A stretch of 64,000 nt of DNA from NCBI GenBank assembly GCA_964407615.1, contig CAYOWH010000003.1:4278-68277 (forward strand), given 5' to 3'. Under the pieces are notes generated by a model. The model searched no databases. It was not told the origin of the DNA and saw only the letters and a list, made by a program, of their open reading frames with translations. The DNA comes from an uncultured Bacteriovoracaceae bacterium (lineage in GTDB: Bacteria > Bdellovibrionota > UBA2428). The translations under genes were made by a program, and so were the position numbers. Below, in pieces: positions 27,355-35,947 of the stretch; the stretch's first letter is position 1, and the number at the start of each line of letters is the position of its first letter.

Positions 27355-29192
27355 ACATCGAATTTTACAGACCAGAATCTGGCATAGCCTTTTTCATCAT
27401 AGGCATTTTAATTTTTTTGATTTTTCGTACACATGCACTTCGAAAAAAATACTCTGAGCTTCTTCACTCAGCAAAAACACTTGAGTTTTCCAAAAATTAT
27501 AATTTACCTAGAAATAGAATCTTCAAAGAAACTCTTTTCATCTTAGGTATTTCATTTGTTTCGATTAGCTTAATGCGCCCAAGATGGGGAGAGAAACATA
27601 GCGTCAAAAAAGTTGTTGGCTCTGATTTATGCATTGCTCTTGATCTTTCACAAAGCATGCTTGCCGAAGATATGAGCCCCAATCGTTTAGAATATGCCAA
27701 GAGAGAACTCATCTTGCTTCTAGAGAACCTCTCTAAAACAAAGGTGACTCTTGTGGGGTTTGCAGGTGGGGCTTTCATATCAGCCCCTCTTACTTCCGAT
27801 CTCGATGCAATTGCCGACTACCTCACACCCCTTAACCCAAGCTACGTCAGTCTCCCCTCAACTTTCATTCAAGGAGCAATAGTTACATGTGCCGAAGCTC
27901 TTGGATACAAAGATATAACTGATAGAGATCAAGATGATGAAAAAGAAAACACAGCAGGCTCTATCCTTCTTGTCACGGATGGAGATGACTCCAATCAAAT
28001 AGAATCAAATATCATTAAGGGACTTTTAAAATATAAAATACCTGTCAGCACACTTTTAGTAGGTAGAAATCAAGGCATCTTCATTCCCCAAAAAGATAAA
28101 GACGGAAGAATTTCTGGTTTTATCAAAGATCCCGAAACAGGAGCTCCTGCAAAGACAAAAGCCGAAAAAAGCTTTGTTTCTAAACTTGCTGAAAAAACAA
28201 ATGGCCAGCTTTACAATGCTGACGAATCTTCTAATTTTAAAATCGCCTTTTCAGAGGACATGAAAAAACGAGAAACAAAATTAAAAGAAGAAGGTATAGA
28301 AGTTGAAAAAGAAGAAAAGTTTCAAATCCCTCTCTTAATAGGAATTCTTCTTCTCCTACTTGAATGTTTTATCACTGAAACAGGCGGAGTTTTGTCATTT
28401 TATAAAAATAAATTTAAAAGAGAATCACAAAAGATTGCAGTTTTGTTATTAAGTCTTCATCTTTGTAAAAACTTAGAAGCTGCGAGTACTCTTGATACAT
28501 TTAAAAACAATTTTGGAGTATTTTTTTTCAACCAAGATCAATACCTTAAATCGCAAGGATATTTTGAAAAAGCCCTCAGCTCCGATCCAGAGGAAAAACA
28601 ATTTTTATTCAACTGGATTTCTTCTCGACTCCGAGAGATAGAAAGAAAACAACAAAACTCTCAAACCACAGAGGATTCGGATACCAACCCTACGCTTGAA
28701 GAAATACAAGAAATTATCCAGATTTTGGAACCTCTCTCAAATAAAGAAAAAGATCCTGTCTTAAAAAAACAATGGCTCTATCAACTTGCTCAATCCTATG
28801 AACTTTCAAAAAAGGTTCCTGAAGCAATCGATAGTTATTACAACTCACTTAAAGAACCTATCTCCAACACTCTCGATCCCATGGCTCGTCACAATCTTGC
28901 ACGACTTTTAAAACAAAATGCTCAAAATCAAGGAAGTGGGGGTGGCAGCGGAAATCAAGGCGGAGGTAAATCCGGAAAAGACGGGGACCCAAACAAAGGT
29001 AAAGACCCCAATGATGAAAACAAAAAGCCCCAGGACTACAAAGGAAAAAGCTACACCCCTGAACAGGTTAAACAAATTATGCAAAATATTGGCAGTGAAG
29101 AACGAAAGGTTATTAAAAAGAAATCAAAAAGCGATGCTCAAAAAAAAGGAAATGAATTTAGCAAAGAAAATGGCTCCTCAAAGCCGTGGTAA
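27351..29192 (+). CDS. batB: BatB-like VWA protein fused to BatC-like TPR region, with a Gly/Lys/Asp-rich tail
   Basis: The ATG at 27351 overlaps the batA stop (ATGA). It has TM helices, a MIDAS motif (ALDLSQSMLAED) and LVTDGDDSN. A further TM helix and a TPR-like region (YLKSQGYFEKALSSDP) follow. The tail reads QNQGSGGGSGNQGGGKSGKDGDPNKGKDPND. Confidence 0.68.
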   Translation: MNIEFYRPESGIAFFIIGILIFLIFRTHALRKKYSELLHSAKTLEFSKNYNLPRNRIFKETLFILGISFVSISLMRPRWGEKHSVKKVVGSDLCIALDLSQSMLAEDMSPNRLEYAKRELILLLENLSKTKVTLVGFAGGAFISAPLTSDLDAIADYLTPLNPSYVSLPSTFIQGAIVTCAEALGYKDITDRDQDDEKENTAGSILLVTDGDDSNQIESNIIKGLLKYKIPVSTLLVGRNQGIFIPQKDKDGRISGFIKDPETGAPAKTKAEKSFVSKLAEKTNGQLYNADESSNFKIAFSEDMKKRETKLKEEGIEVEKEEKFQIPLLIGILLLLLECFITETGGVLSFYKNKFKRESQKIAVLLLSLHLCKNLEAASTLDTFKNNFGVFFFNQDQYLKSQGYFEKALSSDPEEKQFLFNWISSRLREIERKQQNSQTTEDSDTNPTLEEIQEIIQILEPLSNKEKDPVLKKQWLYQLAQSYELSKKVPEAIDSYYNSLKEPISNTLDPMARHNLARLLKQNAQNQGSGGGSGNQGGGKSGKDGDPNKGKDPNDENKKPQDYKGKSYTPEQVKQIMQNIGSEERKVIKKKSKSDAQKKGNEFSKENGSSKPW

Positions 29193-29202
29193 TTTAATAG
29201 TT

Positions 29203-31077
29203 ATGCAAAGATATAAATTCTTTCTACTGATCTCGTTTTTAATACTTTCTACTCATCTCATTTCAAAAGAGCCTTCTCGTGAACAAATTCAAATAAACAT
29301 CCAACCCAAAGAAAGCTCTGGTCAAAACATAACAATAAACTTTCAAGTAGATAGCGATAGTACCCAAACTCCTGATTTCTCTATTCAATCAATTGAGCAA
29401 AAAGATAAAGAATGGCAAATTTTAGGCCCTCAACAATATCAAAAAACCCAGGTTGTCTTTTCAAATGGAAAAACCGTGCAGAAATCAAGCTTATTAATTA
29501 AATTTGAACTGACGCCCTTAAAAACAGGTAAATTAAATACCCCTAAAATTCAATTAAAAGTTAACAGCAAACCTTACACGATTGAGAATACAAATATCCT
29601 AGTAAAATCTCTTAAAACCACTCAACCCTCTCCACGCGCTCAAATCACTCCTCCCACAAGACTTCCCTTTTTTAATATGTTTGATTTAGATGACGAAAAA
29701 ATTGCCCCCCCCACACCCTTAGAGAGTAAAGAAAAGCAACTTGAAGTTTTTGTTGTTGCAGATCCCTCTAAAACAGAAGTCTACGAAGGAGAACTCATCA
29801 CACTTCCTTTTTATATCTACACAAATGAAAATATATTTCGAAACTTAGAATTTGGATCTTTTCCAACATTTAAAGATTTTTTAAAAGAACAACTCTATAT
29901 TCCAAAAAATTGGAGACCTGAAAGAACTCAGTACAGAAACAATAACTACTATAAATCAGAAATTATTCGCTTTGCTCTTTTTCCTATCAAGACAGGAGAG
30001 CTTCTTATTGACCCACTCAAAATGAGATTTGAAGTCGATACAGATATTTTTCAACTTCTAGAACAAATTCAAAACCCTCAAAAGATCATCGGTCAAAATC
30101 AAACATTTATGAGATCATCAGGCTCTATACCTATAAAGGTATCTCCTCTGCCACCAAAACCTGTGACAATCACTCAAAAAAGTATTCCCGTAGGTCAATA
30201 CAAAATAAACCTTCAAACATCTGATCAAAGATACACTCAGGACGAAGCCTTTAGTTTAAAATTTAGAATTGAAGGCAAGGGAAACATAAAAGGCCTTGAA
30301 GAACCTGAGCTAAATCTTCCCTCCTCTCTTCAAAAAAGTAGAACAGCCACAAATTATGAAATCAATGATCGATCAGAGGGATATAAAGATTTTGAAATGC
30401 TGATCGTTCCCCAAGAAGCTGGAAACTTTAAAATCAGTGATAACAGCTGGTCATATTTTGACCCAGAGAAAAAATCATACGAAACACTTTCAATTCCTTC
30501 CATAGAGCTACATATCGATCCATCTAGTAAAAGAAGCTCGCCCATTGTCAAAGAGGACAAAAAAATTATCTTTAAGGGAGATCAAGCCTTTATAGATTTA
30601 ACTGAAAAAGGAATCCCCGTCCTTGCTTGGATTTTTCCCATTTCTCTTTATGCGTTGGCAGGCTTCTTTTTTGTTCAGAGAAAGAAAAGAGATGAAGAAG
30701 ATCGACTCAGAAAAGATTATCCATGGTTATTTGTAGAGCGAAAAATACAAGGCCTCCAAGATCAAAACTCCTCTCAAAACCTTCGCTATATAGAGGAATG
30801 GATTATTTTAAGATTCCAAAAAATCTCTAAAAACGAAACCTCTTTTGATGAACTCATGATGAACCTCCTAAATATTTGCCCAGAACAGGCTCACTCAAAA
30901 ATAAATAAACTTCGGGAACTTTTTCAAAGGTTAGAAGCAAAGCGATTTGGAAAAGGAAAAATCTTAGCGAATACAAATGTATCTTTTGAAGAAATCAAAA
31001 GACTTTCAGAAGAAATTATTTATTCCTCAGAGCTGGCCTCGTCACTCAAATCCTCAGAATCATCAGATGATACATAA
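29203..31077 (+). CDS. batD: BatD-like (oxygen tolerance family) protein
   Basis: The ATG at 29203 gives a signal peptide (FFLLISFLILSTHLIS). The body is large and beta-rich, with a C-terminal TM helix (LAWIFPISLYALAGFFFV). The call rests on its position after BatB/C. The longer ORF from 28918 is an overlapping-frame artefact. Confidence 0.55.
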   Translation: MQRYKFFLLISFLILSTHLISKEPSREQIQINIQPKESSGQNITINFQVDSDSTQTPDFSIQSIEQKDKEWQILGPQQYQKTQVVFSNGKTVQKSSLLIKFELTPLKTGKLNTPKIQLKVNSKPYTIENTNILVKSLKTTQPSPRAQITPPTRLPFFNMFDLDDEKIAPPTPLESKEKQLEVFVVADPSKTEVYEGELITLPFYIYTNENIFRNLEFGSFPTFKDFLKEQLYIPKNWRPERTQYRNNNYYKSEIIRFALFPIKTGELLIDPLKMRFEVDTDIFQLLEQIQNPQKIIGQNQTFMRSSGSIPIKVSPLPPKPVTITQKSIPVGQYKINLQTSDQRYTQDEAFSLKFRIEGKGNIKGLEEPELNLPSSLQKSRTATNYEINDRSEGYKDFEMLIVPQEAGNFKISDNSWSYFDPEKKSYETLSIPSIELHIDPSSKRSSPIVKEDKKIIFKGDQAFIDLTEKGIPVLAWIFPISLYALAGFFFVQRKKRDEEDRLRKDYPWLFVERKIQGLQDQNSSQNLRYIEEWIILRFQKISKNETSFDELMMNLLNICPEQAHSKINKLRELFQRLEAKRFGKGKILANTNVSFEEIKRLSEEIIYSSELASSLKSSESSDDT

Positions 31078-31466
31078 TCTTTAGCTTTTTTCTTTGTGAG
31101 TGTTGATATCGGAAGCCATACTTTTAATTCACTTTTCCTTATATAAACGGCTTTCCACTTACCATCTTCTGAATCCTTAATAGGTTCAACAAGCTCACCT
31201 TTTTCAAGAACTGAAATAACGCTTCCAGAACGACTTGGAAGACTTCTGCCCTTTACTTTATATTTTGTCTTATAAACTACTTTCGTATCGGACTGCGATT
31301 CTTGTTTATTTTTCTTAAAATCTTCATCGTCTACAAAAGTAATATTCTTGTTTCTTATAACTTTTATTCCACTTTTTTGAAAAGGAGGTCTCAAAACTAA
31401 TCCCTCAGGCTGACTTGCATTTGCACTAGAACTTAAAAGACCGATGAATAAAATTAAAACCAACAT
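31020..31466 (-). CDS. Secreted SH3b-like domain protein with acidic Ser/Asp/Glu tail
   Basis: It has a signal peptide (LILFIGLLSSSANA), an SH3_3-like segment (GRSLPSRSGSVISVLEKGELVEP...GKWKAVYI) and a tail reading SSDDSEDLSDEASSEE. Confidence 0.5.
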   Translation of the reverse strand: MLVLILFIGLLSSSANASQPEGLVLRPPFQKSGIKVIRNKNITFVDDEDFKKNKQESQSDTKVVYKTKYKVKGRSLPSRSGSVISVLEKGELVEPIKDSEDGKWKAVYIRKSELKVWLPISTLTKKKAKDYVSSDDSEDLSDEASSEE

Positions 31467-32248
31467 CCTAACTGTACCTCCATAGAAGCATATGATTGAG
31501 AGAAAAAATTATACCCAATACGTGCTCTTAAATCGAGACGACCCATGTCGACTCCTCCGCTCAATCCAATTGCAAAATGATGATGTAACTGGCCCTTATG
31601 TTTTTCAAAAGAGTATCCGTAGTCCGGCACATAAAATAGCCATTTATAGAAAGGTATCTGCATACCAAGACGTATGGCACCACCAAATTCCATTGATATT
31701 TTTTGAAGGTCATAGGGAGTAACCGCCTCTACTGAAATTAAGTAACTTTTTCTAGGTTCTCCTAAAAAGGGCCCTGAGGGAAGTTTCCAATCAAACCGTA
31801 GCCCGAGAAGAGACTGGCTTTCTACTGAATAAGAAGCTTTTCTATAAAGAGGAGAAAGTCGATAGTTTCTTTCTTTGTCGTAAAAATTATTTTTTATTTC
31901 ATCATTATCTTTTGTTACTTTTTCATTTTCTAAAAAAGAATCAATCCCTTGTTTATTTAGTTTTTCAATTTCCTCATAATCAGTTCTATTGCTCGGAATC
32001 CATCCACTTAGACCACCTGAATCTTGAACCTTAAGCCAAAGACCCTTTTTTGATTTTTCAAGAAAAATTAAATACGTTCCTTTATCTGCTTGAGCAAGGA
32101 CTTTTGACTTGGATGACGGAGATTCAAAAATACCTGAGTCCTTTTTTACCTCAAGGATGTAGGAGTTATCTTGTATTTTATTTGCAAAAATAGGAAAATT
32201 TGTAAAAAAGAAAATAAAACTAAGCCATCTGGTGAGAAACGTCTTCAT
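31454..32248 (-). CDS. SH3b-like domain fused to a small putative outer-membrane beta-barrel
   Basis: It has a signal peptide and an SH3-like segment (VLAQADKGTYLIFLEKSKKGLWLKVQDSGGLSGWIP). The C-terminal half has alternating-hydrophobicity strands and ends in ...EVQLGCWF, an OMP-type terminal Phe. Confidence 0.45.
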   Translation of the reverse strand: MKTFLTRWLSFIFFFTNFPIFANKIQDNSYILEVKKDSGIFESPSSKSKVLAQADKGTYLIFLEKSKKGLWLKVQDSGGLSGWIPSNRTDYEEIEKLNKQGIDSFLENEKVTKDNDEIKNNFYDKERNYRLSPLYRKASYSVESQSLLGLRFDWKLPSGPFLGEPRKSYLISVEAVTPYDLQKISMEFGGAIRLGMQIPFYKWLFYVPDYGYSFEKHKGQLHHHFAIGLSGGVDMGRLDLRARIGYNFFSQSYASMEVQLGCWF

Positions 32249-33317
32249 GCCACTTCCCTCTCCATTCTCGCAGATTTGCCTGCGATTTTGAACCCTGGGA
32301 ATCCTGAGTTATCTCGATGAATGCATAGTGAAATTTAGTGTATCTCCCAAAACTATTAAGCTCTAAACTAGTTACCTCAGTCCATGTGCCAGTATTTAGA
32401 TATTGCTTACCGTCTTTAAATTGTCGCGTATCAAAAACATGTGTATGCCCCATCACGACTGTTTGGACTTCTTTATTGCGCTCAAAAATATCTTGAGCCG
32501 CATTCATAAGCTGAGGAGAACGAAAAAGCTCCTTAAATATTTTGAAAGTTGTGACAAGATTTGATGTTCGATAAATTGATTTAGAAAAACGAGTTCCAAA
32601 AAAATACAACAGAACTCGAAAAATATTCTTCAAACACCAAGAAGTATCATGCCACAGGCTCCACCTTATAAAAGCACTGACAGGACGAACACGATCCACT
32701 GCAATTCTTTGTAATTTAATAGGCAGAACGTAATTAATAACAAAATGACTTCCCCATGGCAGGTTGATAATCGGTTCGCGCAGATTTTTTGTGATGTACA
32801 TCTGCTTGGGGTTTACTCTATTTGTATTCTCAAACTGTTGACCGTGCTCTATATGAACACCTTCATCAATGTAACTAAAATTAAAAAATTGAATGTCTGC
32901 CTCAATCGTTCGAGAAAGCAACTCCTGACACCTAGGCCAAATCATTTCAACATCATGATTTCCCACAACGTAAGTTATTTTGTGATTTTTGAAAGCAGCA
33001 AATTTTTTTAAAGAAGAAACAAAAACTGGATGCCCATCTAAAACGGACTGAAGCTTTTCAACTGAAATAGCCTCAGTCAATATGGGAGAAAAATAACCCC
33101 TATAATCTACTTTTATTAAATCAAATATATCGCCATTCAGAACCAGCTCGACCTCTAAATCTTTAAATGGACCTTCACTAAAGTGATTGAGAAACTCATC
33201 CCACTGTCTATCACCAAAAAACTCCTCAAGAATATTGATTGTTCCATCAGTTAAGTACATCCCCTTACCAAGATGAAAATCAGAAACGACAATTTTATAT
33301 TTTTTCATGGAGCTCAT
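32220..33317 (-). CDS. Calcineurin-like metallophosphoesterase (LpxH/LpxG-like class)
   Basis: It has the motifs VSDFHLG, NGDIFD, GNHD and MGHTH. Confidence 0.7.
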   Translation of the reverse strand: MSSMKKYKIVVSDFHLGKGMYLTDGTINILEEFFGDRQWDEFLNHFSEGPFKDLEVELVLNGDIFDLIKVDYRGYFSPILTEAISVEKLQSVLDGHPVFVSSLKKFAAFKNHKITYVVGNHDVEMIWPRCQELLSRTIEADIQFFNFSYIDEGVHIEHGQQFENTNRVNPKQMYITKNLREPIINLPWGSHFVINYVLPIKLQRIAVDRVRPVSAFIRWSLWHDTSWCLKNIFRVLLYFFGTRFSKSIYRTSNLVTTFKIFKELFRSPQLMNAAQDIFERNKEVQTVVMGHTHVFDTRQFKDGKQYLNTGTWTEVTSLELNSFGRYTKFHYAFIEITQDSQGSKSQANLREWRGKWHEDVSHQMA

Positions 33318-33319
33318 TC

Positions 33320-34921
33320 CTAGGCTGCCTTACTTTTTTCTTCCTTCTCCAAGCTTTCTTCATCTAAACCTGAAAGAACACTCTGGGCCAGCTTCAGGGA
33401 TTGTAAAGCTCTGGTAATTCTTTTTCTTCTCTCTTCACTTCTGTTAATATCGTCTATCAGTCTTTCGCGAAGTTTATCGATCTCAAACTCAAGGCGATCT
33501 ATATCTCTTTTTTGATTTAAAAGTCGTTCATCTTTTGCGCTGAGAAGAGCCTCTGCGTCACGTTTTTGAATTTCTAAACGACTTGCAAGCTCTCTTTCTC
33601 GAGATCTAATTTTTTGCAAATCATTTCGAACACGATCTCTAAAATCTTCTAGTTTTTTTTCTAGTTTTCCTGCTTGAAACTGTGAGCTTTCAAGTTGAAT
33701 TTGAAGTTCTTTTATTTTTTCTTCATAATGATTTTCAATGTTTTTAAGTTGAGCACGGTTTTCTTCTTTTTTATCGCTAGTTGTACGAAGCTCACTTTGA
33801 AGCTCTTCAATTTTTAAAATAAGCTTTCGCCGCTCTTCTTCGCTCTTCTTAAGTCGCTCATCAAAATAGCGAATCTGTCTCCTAAGCGCTTCAGCCGAAG
33901 CTTGAGATTCACGAAGCTCACGTTCTTTGATATTTGAATACCTTTTGATGACATCCAAATCTTCACTAGAAACCTCCGCACTCATAGAGGACAACAACTT
34001 ACCGACTTCCACTTCAGGCTTTATATTTTCATTTAAAACATTAAGTTCTGGCTCATTTGGAACGGGGGCTACGTCTGCAAGCTCTAGGGAATCAGGAATC
34101 TCAACTTCATCTTTTTCTTGAACCTTTTCTTCTTGCACTACTTTTTCATCAATAGCCGATAAATCACCGAGAGCATTTAACAAATCTTGCGATTCTAATT
34201 CAGCTGGCTTTTCTTCTGATGAAGGTACTTCACTTTCTTTTGGAATTTCTAAATTATTTTCTAATTCTTGAGATAAATCACCCAATCCCTCTAAAGATAA
34301 TTCTGGCTCAGCTGACTCTAAAACTTGTTGATTATCCTTGTCTTCTGATTTTTTTACTCCGGGATTTGACTCAAGAGCTGCTTCGAGCAATTTATCTGGA
34401 TCTGACGAGGGAGCCTCTTGGGCTACTGATGAAAAATCAGCTTCAAGAAGTTTTGATATATCCTCATCTGTACTTGAACTAAGTGCATCATTATCTAATG
34501 TGGATTTTTGCTCTGACTCGATGACTTTTGATACTTCACTTGCAATATCAAGTTCAGACAAAAAATCATCTTCAATAACTTGTGACGCTTCTGATAAACC
34601 TAATTTTTCAAGGAGAATCTCTGTCGAAACTCCCCACTCAATCGTATTTGAATTTTTTAAATCAGATTTTTCTTTTGAAAGAAAATAAACCAAGGACTCA
34701 TGTTTTTTATCTAAACCAAAATTAATAGATATTTCTTTTTTTACAACCAAACGATCTGCAACAGTCAATTTACTACTGATAGCTTTTATTTTTTGAATGT
34801 CTTTAGATGAGTCATAAAGGAAAAGACTTAGATTTAACTTTTTCTCTAAGCTTTCGACCAATGCCTTAAACCAAGCATCATTCCAAAGCTCTTCATTTCC
34901 AATGAAATAAAGAGTTTTCAT
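33320..34921 (-). CDS. Hypothetical acidic coiled-coil protein (globular N-domain, Glu/Ser/Pro-rich linker, ~200 aa coiled coil)
   Basis: The composition gives a long D/E/S/P-rich middle and heptad-like E/K/R/L-rich C-terminal third (RRQIRYFDERLKKSEEERRKLILKIEELQSEL...). I recognise no family. Confidence 0.5.
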   Translation of the reverse strand: MKTLYFIGNEELWNDAWFKALVESLEKKLNLSLFLYDSSKDIQKIKAISSKLTVADRLVVKKEISINFGLDKKHESLVYFLSKEKSDLKNSNTIEWGVSTEILLEKLGLSEASQVIEDDFLSELDIASEVSKVIESEQKSTLDNDALSSSTDEDISKLLEADFSSVAQEAPSSDPDKLLEAALESNPGVKKSEDKDNQQVLESAEPELSLEGLGDLSQELENNLEIPKESEVPSSEEKPAELESQDLLNALGDLSAIDEKVVQEEKVQEKDEVEIPDSLELADVAPVPNEPELNVLNENIKPEVEVGKLLSSMSAEVSSEDLDVIKRYSNIKERELRESQASAEALRRQIRYFDERLKKSEEERRKLILKIEELQSELRTTSDKKEENRAQLKNIENHYEEKIKELQIQLESSQFQAGKLEKKLEDFRDRVRNDLQKIRSRERELASRLEIQKRDAEALLSAKDERLLNQKRDIDRLEFEIDKLRERLIDDINRSEERRKRITRALQSLKLAQSVLSGLDEESLEKEEKSKAA

Positions 34922-34983
34922 ATAAGTATGTCTTCGGCATTCTTATTGATTTACAAAAATTATTTTTTTCATTTCAGAGTCAA

Positions 34984-35823
34984 TTAGCTGACTAACGGAA
35001 GGCTTAGTACAAAACAGGCGCCAGAATTTTCCTTAGACTCAAAAAGCTTAAGATTTCCGCCCATTTCTTGAGCTAAAGCTTTGCTTAAGTAAAGACCTAG
35101 CCCACTATTTTTGGGGTTTGGCACTGAGGAAGCTTCTACGTCAATATTTTTACTTTCCTTGAAAACTGCATGTATCGTTCCTTTAGTTGAAAAAAAAGGT
35201 TGAAATAAAAAGGGCTTATAAGCTTCTGAAATTCCCGGACCATTATCTTGAATAGAAATTTCTACTTTGTCATGGTGAACATTTGTTTTGATATGAACCT
35301 GAGGATCAAAAACCTTACTTGATTCAAATATCTCAAAAGAATTTTTTATAAGATTTGAAAAAATTTCAACAATAGCACTTGGATCAAGGTAAACTTTTAG
35401 ATCTGATTTTTCAAAAATTAATTCTACTTTTTGCATCTCTGCTCGAGGTTTCCATAGCTTTTCGAGTTCTGAATACAGCTCTTGTAGTGAATAAATACTT
35501 TTCTTTTCTTCGCGGGGCTGAACAATCCCCTGCAAGGATTTTGTTATTTTGGAACATCGAATGCATGCGGTACGAATAACTTCTAAAGCCTCTTTCATAT
35601 CAACGGGACTTTGAGACTCTAGTGCCCACTCCGCGTGACCAAGAGCGGCTCCCAAAATATTATTAAATTCATGGGAGACCCCCAGAGCCAAAAGATCAAC
35701 GCGAATGGGATCGTGTCGAGTTTGAAAACTTTTAATGCTTTCAAAACGAAGACGCTCAGCCGCCAAGGCCTGCCGCTTCCAATTAATACGCTTTGAAGGC
35801 GTTTTTTTGGCTTTTTGACTCAC
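34984..35823 (-). CDS. Soluble histidine kinase without recognisable input domain
   Basis: It has an H-box (SHEFNNILGAALGHAEWA), N-box (NLIKNS), G1 (DNGPGI), F (FQPFFSTKG) and G2 (GLGLYLS). There is no TM segment and only about 45 aa precede the H-box. Confidence 0.8.
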   Translation of the reverse strand: MSQKAKKTPSKRINWKRQALAAERLRFESIKSFQTRHDPIRVDLLALGVSHEFNNILGAALGHAEWALESQSPVDMKEALEVIRTACIRCSKITKSLQGIVQPREEKKSIYSLQELYSELEKLWKPRAEMQKVELIFEKSDLKVYLDPSAIVEIFSNLIKNSFEIFESSKVFDPQVHIKTNVHHDKVEISIQDNGPGISEAYKPFLFQPFFSTKGTIHAVFKESKNIDVEASSVPNPKNSGLGLYLSKALAQEMGGNLKLFESKENSGACFVLSLPLVS

Positions 35824-35947
35824 AATGTTTTAGTTCGTCAAAGATCCTAAAAAGTTGAACTCTCAACGTATTCTTAAAAAAGCGTCAACTTTTAGTTTTA
35901 ACTTTAGATCTAGTTTAAACATTTTTTTTCCGATAAGTTCTCTGTTT

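Noticed and set aside
28918-29202. 95-codon N-terminal extension of the BatD-like ORF
   Set aside because: It overlaps the BatB/C tail in another frame, is Lys-rich nonsense from A-rich DNA, and lacks a signal peptide. The ATG at 29203 gives a proper signal peptide 11 nt after the upstream stop.
34338-34688. 116-aa Ser-rich plus-strand ORF (and 34219-34482)
   Set aside because: It is antisense to the Asp/Glu/Ser-rich linker of the coiled-coil protein. The codon self-complementarity of this composition keeps the frame open.
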